From: Raja brachyura
Taxonomy: Eukaryota
Reading direction: 5' to 3'
Assembly: GCA_963514005.1 (NCBI GenBank)
Contig: OY740799.1
Span: 8,680,001 to 8,744,000, forward strand
DNA: 64,000 nucleotides
The notes under the pieces: generated by a model
The model's input: only the letters and a program-made list of their open reading frames with translations
Databases searched by the model: none
Told to the model about the DNA's origin: nothing
Position numbers and translations under genes: made by a program
In this document: one piece after another, positions 22,267 through 34,430 of the stretch
Layout: every line of letters begins with the position of its first letter
Position numbering within the stretch: position 1 is the first letter of the stretch

Positions 22267-23313
22267 TGGGCCTGTCTAACTTAGGCGATTTTAATGGCTA
22301 CTACCAGCAACTGTCGTAACAGGTCACCCAAAAACCAGCGCCTGGACCCACCCCCCCACGACAATGTCGACAACAACCTACCACCTAGTCGACGTCAAGC
22401 TGCGGCAAGCTACCGACAACCGGCGACCCATTAGGACGTCCACCTACGACCTCACCTGGGACCATATAACCATATAACAATTACAGCACAGAAACAGGCC
22501 TTCTCGGCCCTTCCAGTCCGTGCCGACCATTTATTTTCCCCTAGTCCCATCTACCTGCACTCAGACCATACCCCTCCATTCCCTTCCCATCCATATACCT
22601 ATCCACTTTACTTTTAAATGTTAAAATCGATCCTGCCTCCACCACTTCTGCTGGAAGCTCATTCCACACAGCCACCACTCTCTGAGTAAAGAAGTTCCCC
22701 CTCATGTTACCCCTAAACTTCTGTCCCTTAATTCTCATGTCATGCCCTCTTGTTTGAATCTTTCCTACCCTCAATGGGAAAAGCTTATCCACGTCAACTC
22801 TGTCTATCCCTTTCATCATTTTAAAGACCTCAATCAAGTCCCCCCCCTTAACCTTCTGCGCTCCAAAGAATAAAGACCTAACTTATTCAACCTTTCTCTG
22901 TAACTTAGTTGCTGGAACCCAGGCAACATTCTAGTAAATCTCCTCTGTACTCTCTCTTCAGTAGGACCTAGGACAACCTACGTCCACCCACGACAAGGTA
23001 AGGCAATTCAGTCTCCGGTACCTGTCGCCGTAGGTTGACGTAGGTAGTCGCCAATGGAATTCACCGAAGACAGCAGCGGCGGCAACCTACCTCACTGGGC
23101 GACGATCTTCGACAGCACCTACATCAGGAGAAGTCAAGCTATGCTCATTGGCGTCAAGCCCACTGTCGCCAACTGTTGCCGAAAAGTTTTGAAGATTTCA
23201 AAATCCAGCGGCGAGCAGGAAGACGCTACGACTCTTTGGGTGACTGAGGAGGTGACTCACGACCATACAGGCGAACACCCAGGAGGCAACCTAGTCGCCC
23301 AAAAAATTGCCCT
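22267..23313. mobile_element. PIF/Harbinger-like non-autonomous element, family 3 (right TIR partly deleted)
   Basis: Left tgggcctgtctaacttaggcgatttt; right aaaaattgccct; TAA at 22264-22266 and 23314-23316; internal cgac/cctac repeats; carries a CR1 insert. Confidence 0.65.
22461..22956 (-). mobile_element. CR1 LINE 3' fragment nested in the family 3 element
   Basis: ORF 22541-22837 IEVFKMMKGIDRVDVDKLF...; tail accatataaccatataac. Confidence 0.9.
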
Positions 23314-23562
23314 TAACACTCCTGGCTGCAGGTTGTTAGATTTGTGTGGCAACTCCCAAGTCAGTGCAGACGATGTGAAAACTCCCACCAAAACATCACA
23401 GCGACCTCCTTCTCTGCCCTCCAGCCCACTGCTTCTCAATGCGTTGGGAGAGTCAAACCAAGCATTGGGAGGTTTCTCAACGTCCCAGCCAACTTTACCC
23501 ATTCATTCACATCCACTCAACAGATACCCAATGTCACTAATGGAGAATTGCGTTACAGTGGA

Positions 23563-23888
23563 GTTTAGAGTTTAGTTTAGAGATACAGCACAGAAACAGG
23601 CCCTTCGGCCCACCGAGTCCACACTGGCCAGCAATCCCCGCATATTAATGCTATCCTACACACACTAGGGACAATTTACACATTTATACCAAGCCAATTA
23701 ACCTATAAAAACCTGTACGTCTTTGGAGTGTGGGAGGAAACCGAAGATCTCGGAGAAAACCCACGCAGGTCACGGGGAGAACGTACAAACTCCGTACAGA
23801 CAGCACCTGTAGTCGGGATCGAACCCCGGTCTCTGGTGCTACATTCGCTGTAACGCAACAACTCTACCGCTGCGCCACCGTGCCGTCC
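23563..23888 (-). mobile_element. HE1-like SINE, full length
   Basis: gtttagtttagagatacagc tail to ccgctgcgccaccgtgccg head. Confidence 0.9.
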
Positions 23889-24499
23889 AACCTTTAACTT
23901 AGAACTTTTCGCCGGTCATCAAACAAAATGGAGTTACTTCCTCCATGGACAACTGGGATTGGGTGATTATGGGTGGCCTTGGCAGAGACCCAGAATAGGA
24001 ATATCCAGCCAGTGCGCATACGTACAGAAACAGTCAGCGTTGAGGGGCCGCGTATCAGGAATTTGGCAAGATCCAAAAGGAGGAAATCAGGAATTTAGAC
24101 AGAGAAATAAAACAGGGGAGATAAACCATCACAAAGGCAGAGAAGGCAGACTAGAGTGGACCTGATCCAAGCACTCCTGGAGCAGTAACGGTGTTGTGCA
24201 TCATTCATGACTGGAGCTTGGCTCCAAGGTAAAGCAATGAGGTAAATGCCCCAAGGAGGCCAACAATCACTTCTGAGTATATGCTGTAAACTCATGGAAT
24301 CGGCCTTTGCCCAGAACTGCAGTTTTGCAGAAGGACACTGCTGGATGTGTCCAAAGGTGCAGCAACCTGTCGTCATGGCTAATGTGTCAAAATAAATGGA
24401 TTCAGCCAGGAAATACTATTGCTGTTAGTATTTAGTTTGGGGAAACAGCCTTTCACTGTACCTCAGTACAGGTGACTGTAAACTAAAGGCAAACTCGTA

Positions 24500-24735
24500 C
24501 ACTTGTTTGATGTTATCCCACTTTCACATCCACTCCCTACAATTTTTTTAAATGTTTTAGGGAAGCCAATTAACCTACAAAGCAGCACATCTTTGGGATG
24601 TGGAAGGAAGCCCGAGCACCCGGAGGAAACCCACACGGTCACAGGCAGAAGGTACAAATTCCACACAGACAGCACCCGAGGTCAGGATCGAACCTGGGTA
24701 TCTTGCGCTGTGAGGCAGCAGTTCCACCAGCTGCA
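24500..24735 (-). mobile_element. HE1-like SINE (older subfamily)
   Basis: gagcacccggaggaaacccac...ggtcaggatcgaacctggg. Confidence 0.7.
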
Positions 24736-24870
24736 AGATACATTGTTCTCAGTCAGGACAGCACTGTAAGGTGGAGGCAATGTAGGTGATGTGTGGTGGA
24801 GAATGAGACATAGATCAGTTCAGCTTCTATCCACAAGATCCATCTGCCAGGAATAGCAAATTCTACCTTT

Positions 24871-25100
24871 TTGTACGTTCTCCCCGTGACTTGCGCGGGT
24901 TTTATCCGAGATCTTCGGTCTCCTCCCACACTCCAAAGGCGTACAGGTCTGTATGTTAATTGGCTTGGAATACATGGAAATTGTCCCTAGTGTGCGTGTG
25001 GGGTAGTGTTAATGTGCGGGGATCGCTGGTCGGTGTGGACCCGGTGGGCCGAAGGGCCTGTTTCTGCGCTGTATCTCTAAAAGTAAGCTGAAACTAAAGT
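24871..25100 (+). mobile_element. HE1-like SINE, 5'-truncated
   Basis: ttgtacgttctccccgtgac to ctgtatctctaa. Confidence 0.8.
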
Positions 25101-25569
25101 AACTATACATCCTGTTCAAGTATCAGCACCAGGAGAGGGAAGAGGAAGTCAAATTGGCCAAATTGCTCATTCTGGTCAGCACCGCTATTGCACTGCTCCA
25201 GAGTCTTTGGGTTTAAGCTGCTTAAACTTGCCGCGAGCAAACCGAGGGGAAAGACTGCCAGGGTATTAGTGGGGCGGCAAGGAGAGCAGGGAGAAGGCGG
25301 TATTCCGTGCAAGAGGAAAATTGCAACGTTCAATTAAAACACAAATCACTCCGGGATTATTTCAATGAAACCTCTGTTTGTCCATTCCCAATGTCCCTGG
25401 ACGGAATAAGTGGGTGCGGTATAGGATACGATTCCCCTCACAGCGGGGCCAGAGCCAGAGCCACAGAACGCTTCTGGAGTTGAAATTCTGCCCTGGGTTA
25501 AATTAGGCCGTTTGCAAGGGAAGCGTGAGTGGTTTGGACAATGAATCAGACTCAGAGAGGGAAACAAAA

Positions 25570-25800
25570 TAAAGAATGTGGATTTACGTGTGGGGCATTC
25601 CCGCAATCCCAGTGCATTCCAAAGGGCTTGAGAGCCAAAGTGCTTTTGAGGTGCAGTCACTGCATGAGAGCAGCCAATTTGCACAAAGCAACTTCTCACA
25701 AACAGCAAGAAAAGACTGCCCGCTTGACCCAGAACGACAGGCAGGACTCCCTGTCCCTCTTCAGAATGGGATCACGGGATGTTTTGATTCCACATGGGGC
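25570..25800 (-). mobile_element. Ancient Deu-domain SINE relic
   Basis: aagtgcttttgaggtgcagtcactg...gcagccaatttgcacaaagcaa...cacaaacagcaa; related relics near 17500-17680 and 42815-42945. Confidence 0.55.
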
Positions 25801-26070
25801 TGCAGTACCTGCAGCCTCGGTTTATAATTTCACCCAAACGATACCTCTGTCGGGCCAGCACTCCCTCAGTCCCGCAGCAGAAAAACATCCATGTGGGATT
25901 TGCTGTTCAAATCACCGCAGAAGCAGCCTCCACCATCAGCTCTCAACGACATAGACTTGGGGCAATTGGTTTTGTCTTTTTGCACTATTACTGCTTGTAG
26001 CTTTATGTACACATATGTATGTACATACGTATATATGTTTGTGTATATGTACAAGTGTGTGCATGTGTTT

Positions 26071-26344
26071 ACAGTTTAAGGATAAGGGGGAAATCTTTTA
26101 GGGCCGAGATGAGAAAAACATTTTTCACACAGAGTGGTGGGTTTCTGGAATTCTCTGCCACAGAAGGTAGTTGAGCCCAGTTCATTGGCTATATTTAAGA
26201 GGGAGCTAGATGTGGCCCTTGTGGCTAAAGGGATCAGGGGGTATGGAGAGAAGGCAGGTACAGGATACTGAGTTGGATGACCAGCCATGATCATATTGAA
26301 TGGCGGTGCAGGCTGGAAGGGCCGAATGGCCTACTCCTGCACCT
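26071..26344 (+). mobile_element. CR1 LINE 3' fragment ending at a gap
   Basis: ttaaggataagggggaaatc...ggcctactcctgcacct; gap at 26345-26571. Confidence 0.85.
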
Positions 26345-27680
26345 NNNNNNNNNNNNNNNNNNNNNNNNNNNNNNNNNNNNNNNNNNNNNNNNNNNNNNNN
26401 NNNNNNNNNNNNNNNNNNNNNNNNNNNNNNNNNNNNNNNNNNNNNNNNNNNNNNNNNNNNNNNNNNNNNNNNNNNNNNNNNNNNNNNNNNNNNNNNNNNN
26501 NNNNNNNNNNNNNNNNNNNNNNNNNNNNNNNNNNNNNNNNNNNNNNNNNNNNNNNNNNNNNNNNNNNNNNNGTACATAGACACACACTTACACAAGTACA
26601 TACACACACACATACACATGTATATATATATATAATTTTTTTTATTACAGAGTACCATGTTTCCATATTTTATTGTGCAGCTGCAAGTAAGAATTTAATT
26701 ATTCTGTTTGGGACATGGCAATAAAACGCTCTTGACTCTCGAATATGTTTTAATCTATTCTTCAATACGATGTAGGATCCAGCGTTTATATATTGTCCAT
26801 CCTCAATGGCACTCAATAACTGGTGGTGTGCAACGCTGTGACAATCCATGCACCGTACACACTAGGGACAATTTACAGAGGGCAATTATCCCACAAACCT
26901 GCACGTCTTTGCAAGGCGTGAGGAAACCGGAGCGCCCGGAGAAAACCAATGTGGTCACAGGAAGAACGCGCATAGTCCATACAAATCTTTTCTTGCTTTA
27001 AAATGCTTCCAAATGCTTTAAGATTCCACATATTCACCACCCTCTGGCTGGCTGAAGAAATTGCTCCTCATCTCCATTCTAAAGGAACCTCTTTTTAATC
27101 TGAGGCTGTGTCCTCTGGTCCTCGACTCTGGCACTGATGAACAGAAAGGTCTCCTTCTGTGTTAATAAACAGTGGTTCTATCATGCATGCACATGATGTG
27201 GCCGTCATGCATTATACCCACAAAAATACATATTTTAGACATAAATACTCCATGATAAACCCCAACCTTGAGTCTCGAGGCTGAATCACAGCCAGCCAGT
27301 TTATTGAGTAGGAAGGAGTTGCAGATGCTGGCTTACACCCGTTGCTTCTCTCCAGAGATGCTGCCTGTCCACTGAGGTACTTCGGCAATTTGTGCCTTGC
27401 CACTTCATGGATGCAGCTGAACCGACAAACGTCTCTCGCATAAATTTGGGGGACTAATGAGGAACGGTCCGCTGGCTTCAGGGCTGCTCAGAGGGCAGCC
27501 TGCCAACGGCAACAGAGTCCTCCTACCTCATCCTAGGCTGGGTCTCCACTCCTCGGAGCACAAGGGGGATGAGGGGAGATCTTTTAGAGGTGTTCAAAAT
27601 CATGAGAGGGAATAGATTGGGAAGATGCACAGAGTCTCTTGCCCTGAGTAGGGGAATCGAGGACCAGAGGACATAGGTTC

Positions 27681-27734
27681 GGTGCGGGAGATTGCAACCT
27701 TCACGTGGTCCGCCCTGTTTCGCCGAATGCAATC
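27681..27734 (+). ncRNA. Minimal HDV-like ribozyme (no P4)
   Basis: P1 GGUGCGG/CCGCCCU (G1-U wobble, one mismatch), P2 GAUUGCA/UGCAAUC, P3 ACC/GGU, L3 UUCACGU, J4/2 CGAA. Confidence 0.8.
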
Positions 27735-27817
27735 AACCCCGCGTGCACAATCAAATAAGATCAAATAGACCAAGTTGTCCTACAACGTTAGGCTGTACAC
27801 GCTGTACGCAAGAAGAA
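27681..27817 (+). mobile_element. 137-bp non-autonomous retroelement (Vingi/ingi-like 3' end) headed by an HDV-like ribozyme
   Basis: TSD ggacataggttc 27669-27680 / ggatataggttc 27818-27829; ends tacgcaagaagaa. Confidence 0.75.
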
Positions 27818-28142
27818 GGATATAGGTTCAAGGTGAAGGGGAATAGATTTATTGGGAATCCGATGAGCCCTCCGCAGTTGCCGCTACGGGCGGCCCGATG
27901 TTCAGGGTGATGTAAGTCCGACGTCGGGGCTGGGGGACCTCCTCAGTGGCCTGGACAACAGAGTCGGCCCCCTCCTACCGGAGTCCACGGCTCCCAAAGT
28001 CCGCAGGCCGCGCTGGGCGGAGATACAACGCTGGCGGCCCGCGGCAAAAGCGCAGGCAGGTGGGACTAGCGCAGCTGGGACATGTTGGCCGGTGTGGCCA
28101 AGCTGGGCCGAAGGGCCTGTTTCCACACTGTATCACTATGAC

Positions 28143-28374
28143 TCGAACCAGAGAGCAGCGCTGAACTACTATCTACGTCTTTGGTGACCCTCGCACCATC
28201 CCTGATCGGCCTTTGCTGGGTTTCCTTTGTGCTAAACGGTATTCCTTTATCGTGTCGCGAAACACTGTAAATGCATTGATGGTAATCATGTACTGTCTTT
28301 CCCTTGGCAGGTTAGCACGCAACAGAAGCTTTTCACTGTAGCTCGGTACACGTGACAATAAACTGAACCGAACT
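28143..28374 (+). mobile_element. Rex1/Babar-type 3' UTR fragment
   Basis: ctgaactactatctac...cactgtagctcggtacacgtgacaataaactgaac. Confidence 0.7.
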
Positions 28375-28460
28375 GATGCGCTGGTTAAACAGATGAATTG
28401 AAATCCCAGCCTCCATCTCCACGAATGAGAGTGGGAGGACCAGCGCCAGGGAGCAACGTG

Positions 28461-28665
28461 GAAACATAGAAAATAGGTGCAGGAGTAGGCCATTCGGCCC
28501 TTCGAGCCAGCACCGCCATTCAATGTGATCCGGGTCGATCATCCAAAATCAGTACCACGTTCCTGCTTTCTCCCCATATCGCTTGATTCCGTTAGCCCCA
28601 AGAGCTAAATCTAACTCTCTCTTGAATACATCTGGAGAATTGGCCACTACTGCCTGCTGTGGCTA
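28461..28665 (-). mobile_element. CR1 3' end
   Basis: gaaacatagaaaataggtgcaggagtaggccattcggcc. Confidence 0.8.
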
Positions 28666-29359
28666 TCATTGCTCAGGGGGGAGCTAAGTTGCAACTGGCC
28701 CACTGGCAACACGCTGGGCCCCTGTCTTGGGGATTAAAGCTACATTATTAAAGCAAAATCCCCCTCGGAGCAGCGGTGAGGAGGCAAGGCGGAAACACCG
28801 GGGGGTAACAGTAATTAGGGCCACAATCCTTGGACAACCTTTCCAGGAGGCAGAACAATTAGTACACAAACGTCGGGCCACAATTAGGGCGGATGCCACT
28901 AATTACTCGGCACTTGGACACTTCCAGCGCAACTTCTCATTCAGCCCCCCCCCCCCCCCCCCCCCTCCTCCCGATCACCGCTTGCAAAATAGCAGATACT
29001 GAGACAGATAGATTCAGGTTAATTAACGAGGGTGGCTCGGCCAATGTGGAGAAGTAGGGCATACAGAGCATGCTCCCCCCCCCCCTTCTCTCCTCCCCCC
29101 CCTCTTCTCTCCTCCCTCCCCCACCCCCTCCACTCCCCAGAGAGCCCCTGAGCTATCACGTCTCCAGGGAGCATAGCAAAGTGGGGAGTGAGGGTGAAGG
29201 GGTCAGGGTTCGGACAGGGTCCCAACATGGATGAAGCCAGACCTCGGAGGTCCCAGGTCCAGTTGCGTACACACAGAGGGGGGGGGGGGGTACCCTGATG
29301 ATCGTTAAGCACATGAGCAGCCTGCATAAATGCGTCAGGTGCAGAAACTTAACATGTGA

Positions 29360-29772
29360 GTAGGCTGGGTCTCTATTCCATGGAGCGTAGGAGGATGAGG
29401 GGGGATCTTATAGAGGTGCATACAACCATGAGAGGAATAGATCGGGTAGAGTCTTTTACCCTGAGTAGGGGAATCGAGGACCAGAGGACATAGGTTCAAG
29501 GTGAAGGGGAAAAGATTTAATGGGAATCCAAGGGGTAACTCTTTCACACAAAGGGTGGAGGATGTATGGAACAAGCTGCCAGAGGAGGTAGTTGAGGCTT
29601 GGACTATCCCATCGTTTAAGAAACAGTTGGACAGGTACATGGATAGGACAGGTTTGAAGGGTTATGGACCAAGCGCAGGCAGGTGGGACTAGGGTAGCTG
29701 GGACATTGTTGGCCGTTGTGGACGAGTCGGGCCGAAGGGCCTGTTTCCACACTGTATCACTCTATGACTCTA
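29360..29772 (+). mobile_element. CR1 LINE 3' fragment
   Basis: KGKRFNGNPRGNSFTQRVEDVWNKLPEEVV; ctctatgactctat tail. Confidence 0.85.
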
Positions 29773-29777
29773 TATTC

Positions 29778-30168
29778 TAGGAAGGAACTGCAGATGTTGG
29801 TTGGGACCGAAGATAAACACAAAATGCTGGAGTAACTCTGCGGGACAGGCGACATCTCTGGGGGGGGGGGGGGGGGAATAAACTGGAGGCGAGAAAAGGC
29901 CAGAACAAATCCGGGCTGGAAACGGATGACCACAGGAAGGATGGAGCCCACAATGGTCTATTGTTGGCTGGGGACGGTGTGATGACAAGAGGGATACAAC
30001 AACAAGGATATGACCAATGGAAGTTTCAGGGTGACTAGAGTGGGGGAGGGTGCGGGAGGGTGGGGGGGGAGAAGAGAGGGGAGTGGTGAGGGAATGCAGA
30101 GGTTGCTTGAAATCAGTGACATCAGTGGTCATCCGGCTGGATTGTTAGCTGCCCAAGCAAAATATGAG
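29778..30168 (-). mobile_element. Penelope 3' end (tail, UTR, last codons)
   Basis: ggaaggaactgcagatg...ggagtaactc; ctgcccaagcaaaatatgagg matches the end of the GIY-YIG region at about 7435-7455. Confidence 0.65.
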
Positions 30169-30597
30169 GAGATTATAGGAGGATTTACAACACGTCTCTC
30201 TGAGTTGAATCAAATTCAAATCCCTGCACATGCCCCAAATGATGGCCACAAGATTCGAACCTCCAGACAACTCCAGAGTGGACACCAACTGGAGAGGATT
30301 TCAGTTACATTGAGTTCCAATTCTGGATATCCTGCGCCATCCTGAGTTATGAAGTTGGTTTGGATCAATTGGCAAAGTTTAAAGGAGATAGTGCTCTCTG
30401 GTCCACCCAGTCACGTCATCCATTGACACTGATTCCATCTTACACTTCCCCACATTCCCATCCAATCCTCCCAGATGCCACAACTCCGCCTCTGCACTAA
30501 GGATAACTTACAGAGGCCGATTATCCTCCCAACCTGCATGCCTTCGGGACGTGAGGGGAAAGCGGAGAACCTGAAGGAAACCCGTGGGGGAAAGAAA

Positions 30598-30815
30598 AAG
30601 ACACAAAAGTCCTGGAGTAACTCAGCGGGTCAGACAGCATCCCTGGAGCACAGGGAGCATACGGATGCCCTGATCCATACAGGGCTGAAGAAGGGTCTCG
30701 ACCCGAAACGTCACCCATTCCTTCTCTCCAGAGATGCTGCCTGTCCTGCTGAGTTACTCCAGGATTTTGTGTCTACCTTCGGTTGAAACCAGCATCTGCA
30801 GTTCCTTCCTGCACA
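30598..30815. mobile_element. Penelope-derived inverted-arm mini-element
   Basis: gacacaaaagtcctggagtaactcagc ... gctgagttactccaggattttgtgtc plus tail. Confidence 0.8.
30685..30712 (+). ncRNA. Minimal hammerhead ribozyme core (intact)
   Basis: CUGAAGA-A-GGGU(CUCG)ACCC-GAAAC-GUC. Confidence 0.78.
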
Positions 30816-30994
30816 TACAGGTTCCAGTTCTGGCTCATGACCCTTCTTCAGATACGGCGACTTCGGGTTTCAAGGAGAACGTGCAAACTCCATGGGTTTG
30901 CATTGAATCCGTGTCTCTGGACCTGCAAGGCATCAGCTCCCTCAGCCCTGCCACTGCTGCCCTGTGGAGCAATATTTTGGATGCCACCCTTATG

Positions 30995-31590
30995 TTGTAG
31001 GGTCACAGACCAACCCTCTACTTCCTTAGTTGCCTTAGGAAGTTCGACATGTCGCCAACTACCATCAACAGCTTCTACAGGTGCATCATAGAAAACTTTT
31101 ATCAGGATGCATCACTGCACGGTTTGGGAACAGCTCCATCCAAGACTGCCAGAGACTGTAGAGAGTTGTGGACGTAGCCCAGACTGTCACACAAACCAAC
31201 CTCCCTTCCATTGACACTCCATGTTGCTTCATCAAGGCTGCCAGCAGAATCAAGGGCCAGATTCTCCCCGGTCACTCACTCTTCTCCCCTTTCCTTTCAG
31301 GCAAGAGTGAATACAGAAGTGTGAAAACACACACATCCAGGTTCAGGAACAGTTTCTTCCCCGCAGTTTCTTCCTGACCTCCCATCTGTCCCATTGGAGA
31401 CCTTCGGGCTATCTTTAATCGGACTTCACTGGACCTTATCTTGCATTAAAGATTATTCTCTTTATCCTGTATCTGAATGCTGTGGACAGCTTGATTGTAA
31501 TCACGTCTAGTCTTTTTGCTGACTGGATAGCACACGCAAACAAAAAGCTTTTGACTGTACCTCGGTACATGTGACAATACTAAACTAAAC
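30995..31590 (+). mobile_element. Rex1/Babar-clade LINE 3' fragment (ORF end plus UTR)
   Basis: Translates LYFLSCLRKFDMSPTTINSFYRCIIE...GCITARFGN and THTSRFRNSFFP; taaactaaac tail. Confidence 0.8.
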
Positions 31591-31899
31591 CACAGGGACA
31601 CACAGCGCAGAAACAGGTCCTTCAGGTCTGCACCAGGCATCTACGCCCTTTGTAGTAATCCCACATTAACCCCATGATGTTTTAGGCTGTGACCCACAGC
31701 GCTGTTCTTTGAGGTTGCCCTGTGTAGCCCCCTTGGCCACATTGCTAATCCCATTCTGGCATCACGCCTCCCTGCTCCATCCTCTTATCCACACTGGCCA
31801 CACAACACCACACCAACAGAATCCTTCTCCTCCTTCAATCGCTGACTCGCACCTACAATTGAGAGACCCCCCCCCTGCAACTCGAGTAACCTCAGAATC

Positions 31900-32165
31900 A
31901 AAGGATGTTCCTTTGGGATGGAGAAGAGGAGGAATTTCAGAGGGTGGTGAATATGCAAATTTGCCACAGACAGATGCGGAGGCCAAGCCAGTGGATATTT
32001 TTAAGTCAGAGATAGTTATAGATTCTTGATTAGTACGGGTGTCAGAGGTTATGGAGAGAAGGCAGGAGAATGGGGTTAGGAGGGAGAGAATAGATCAGCC
32101 ACGATTGAATAGCGGAGTACACTCGATGGGCCGAATGGCCTAATTCTACTCCTATGACCTTATGA
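31900..32165 (+). mobile_element. CR1 3' fragment
   Basis: cagagggtggtgaat...ggagagaaggcaggagaatggggttagg. Confidence 0.75.
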
Positions 32166-32623
32166 CTTACTGTATAACGGCAGGACGACGACACAAAATC
32201 AGATTTCAATGCAAATTCCTGGGCAGTCCGCATTCGCTGATAAGCGCAGGCAATTTCACGGTAAATTGGTCACAAGTGCCGAGCACCTCCCACCACCACC
32301 CCAGTGCCCGAGGTCACTACCGCTGTGCTTGGGAGTTCTTTAACTATCAAAGCAGGCTGCAGATTAACAGAGCTGATTTAAGCAGCTCACACGACTCATT
32401 ATTAAGCAATGCTGATAAGCCTCGTGTCCAACAAATGCTGGGATGAAATTTCAAATGCCTTGAAACAATATCTCCCCGCTGCCCACTCAACCACACTTAT
32501 CCTCCATGCCCCTTTGAAACTCCGTCTGCAGTGCCACATTCCAGACACTGACACAGCTTTTGCATCTTCATTTGCCACCATGGTTACACTGAAAGAGGAG
32601 ACATCCCAGGGGATGGAGGCTGC

Positions 32624-33253
32624 AACAAGAGGAGTTCAGTATCGGAGTAAAGAGGTTCTTCTGCAGTTGTACAGGGCTCTGGTGAGACCACATCTGGAGT
32701 ATTGCGTACAGTTTTGGACTCCTAATTTGAGGAAGGACATCCTTGTGATTGAGGCAGTGCAGCGTAGGTTCACTCACGAGATTGATCCCTGGGATGGCGG
32801 TTCTGTCATATGAGGAAAGATTGAAAAGACTAGGCTTGTATTCACTGGAGTTTAGAAGGATGAGGGGCTATCTTATAGAAACATATACAATTATAAAAGG
32901 ACTGGACGAGCTAGATGCAGGAAAAATGTTCGCAATGTTGGGCGAATCCAGAACTAGGGGCCACAGTCTTAGAATAAAGGGGAGGTCATTTAAGACTGAG
33001 CTGAGAAATAACTTTTTCACCCAGAGAGTTGTGAATTTATGGAATTCCCTGCCACAGAGGGCAGTGGAGGCCAAATCACTGGATGGATTTAAGAGAGAGT
33101 TGGATAGAGCTCTAGGGGCTAGTGGAGTCAGGGGATATGGGGAGAAGGCAGGCACGGGTTATTGATAGGGGACAATCAGCCATGATCATGATAAATGGCG
33201 GTGCTGGCTCGAAGGGCTGAATGGCCTCCTCCTGCATCTATTTTCTATGTTTC
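32624..33253 (+). mobile_element. CR1 LINE 3' fragment
   Basis: [26 protein letters not shown]; LSYEERLKRLGLYSLEFRR. Confidence 0.9.
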
Positions 33254-33809
33254 AATGCAACAGGATTCCATTCTCTCACATTGTCACAGCCCTGGTCAAT
33301 GCTGGCTGCACAGAGCCTGGGATAACACTCTCTCTCCCCTAACGCCTTGGGATCAGTGCAGCAGCTATTCCCCCTCAGCCCGCAGGTTGTGACTTCAAGG
33401 GCCCTACTAAACTAATGTGCCATTCCACAAACATGCACACAGCAGAGCATTGCTAAAGGATTCTCCTGCCTTGGAATAAGTGCTGATGATAAGACACAAA
33501 AAAGCTGGAGTAACTCAGCGGGACAGGCAGCACCTCTGGACAGAAGGAACAGAGAACGTTTCGGGAATACGTGCTGTCTTTCAGAAAGAAGTTAAACCCC
33601 AAGATTTTGACGTCTTCTCTGATGAAAACATTTAAAAGACGCTTGGACGGGTACATGAAAAGGCACTAAGTGCGGGAGTAACTCAGCAGGTCACTCCACA
33701 TCTCTGGGGAACACGGATAGGTGACATTTCAGGTCGAGGCTCTTCTTCAGATAGGTTTAGAGGGACCAGCGTAGATGGACCAGCTTAGATGGAGCATCTT
33801 GAACAGCAT

Positions 33810-34430
33810 TGGGTATAGGTGTTGGGAGGGTGTGTGCTGCAGTTGTATAAGATGTTGGCGAGGCCACATTTAGAGTATTGTGCTCAGTTTTGGTCACCAT
33901 GTTGTAGGGAATATGTTGCCAAGCTAAATATGTATGCCAGGACTCAATGGCCCAAGCTATAGGAAGAGGTTGAGCAGGCCAAGAGTGAAGGAGGATGAGG
34001 GGTGATCTTATAGAAATGTACAAGATCATGAGTAGGACAGTTTGGGTAAATGCACAGGAGTCTTTTGCCCGGAGTGAGGACATTCAGAACCAGAGGACAT
34101 AGGTTTAAGGTGAGTGGGGGAAAGATTTAATAGGAACCTGAGGGGTAACTTTTTTTAGACAAAGGGTGATGTGCGTATGGAACGAGCTGCCGGAGGAAGA
34201 GATAGTTGAGGCAGTTATTACTGCAACGTTTCAGAAAAATTTAGATGAGTACAGGGAATAAGATAGGTTTAGAGGAACATGGGCCAAACGCAGGTAGGTG
34301 GGACTAGTATAGAAGGCCATGTTGGTCAGCGTGGGCAAGTTGGTCCAAAGAGCTGTTTCCGCACACTGCATGGCTCTATGGCATGGGCACGTTGGGTTGA
34401 AGGGCCTGCTTCCATGCTGTATGACTCTAT
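33810..34430 (+). mobile_element. CR1 LINE fragment (decayed)
   Basis: gaggccacatttagagtattgtgctcagttttggtcacc; ggaacgagctgccggagg. Confidence 0.75.

Larger units (their letters stand above)
27535..28142 (+). mobile_element. CR1 3' fragment carrying two internal insertions
   Basis: gaggggagatcttttagagg...ggacataggttc | insert | aaggtgaagggg ... gcaggcaggtgggactag. Confidence 0.7.

Noticed and set aside
23054-23575. 173-aa ORF as a transposase
   Set aside because: Runs across the element boundary and has no DDE or Myb-like motifs
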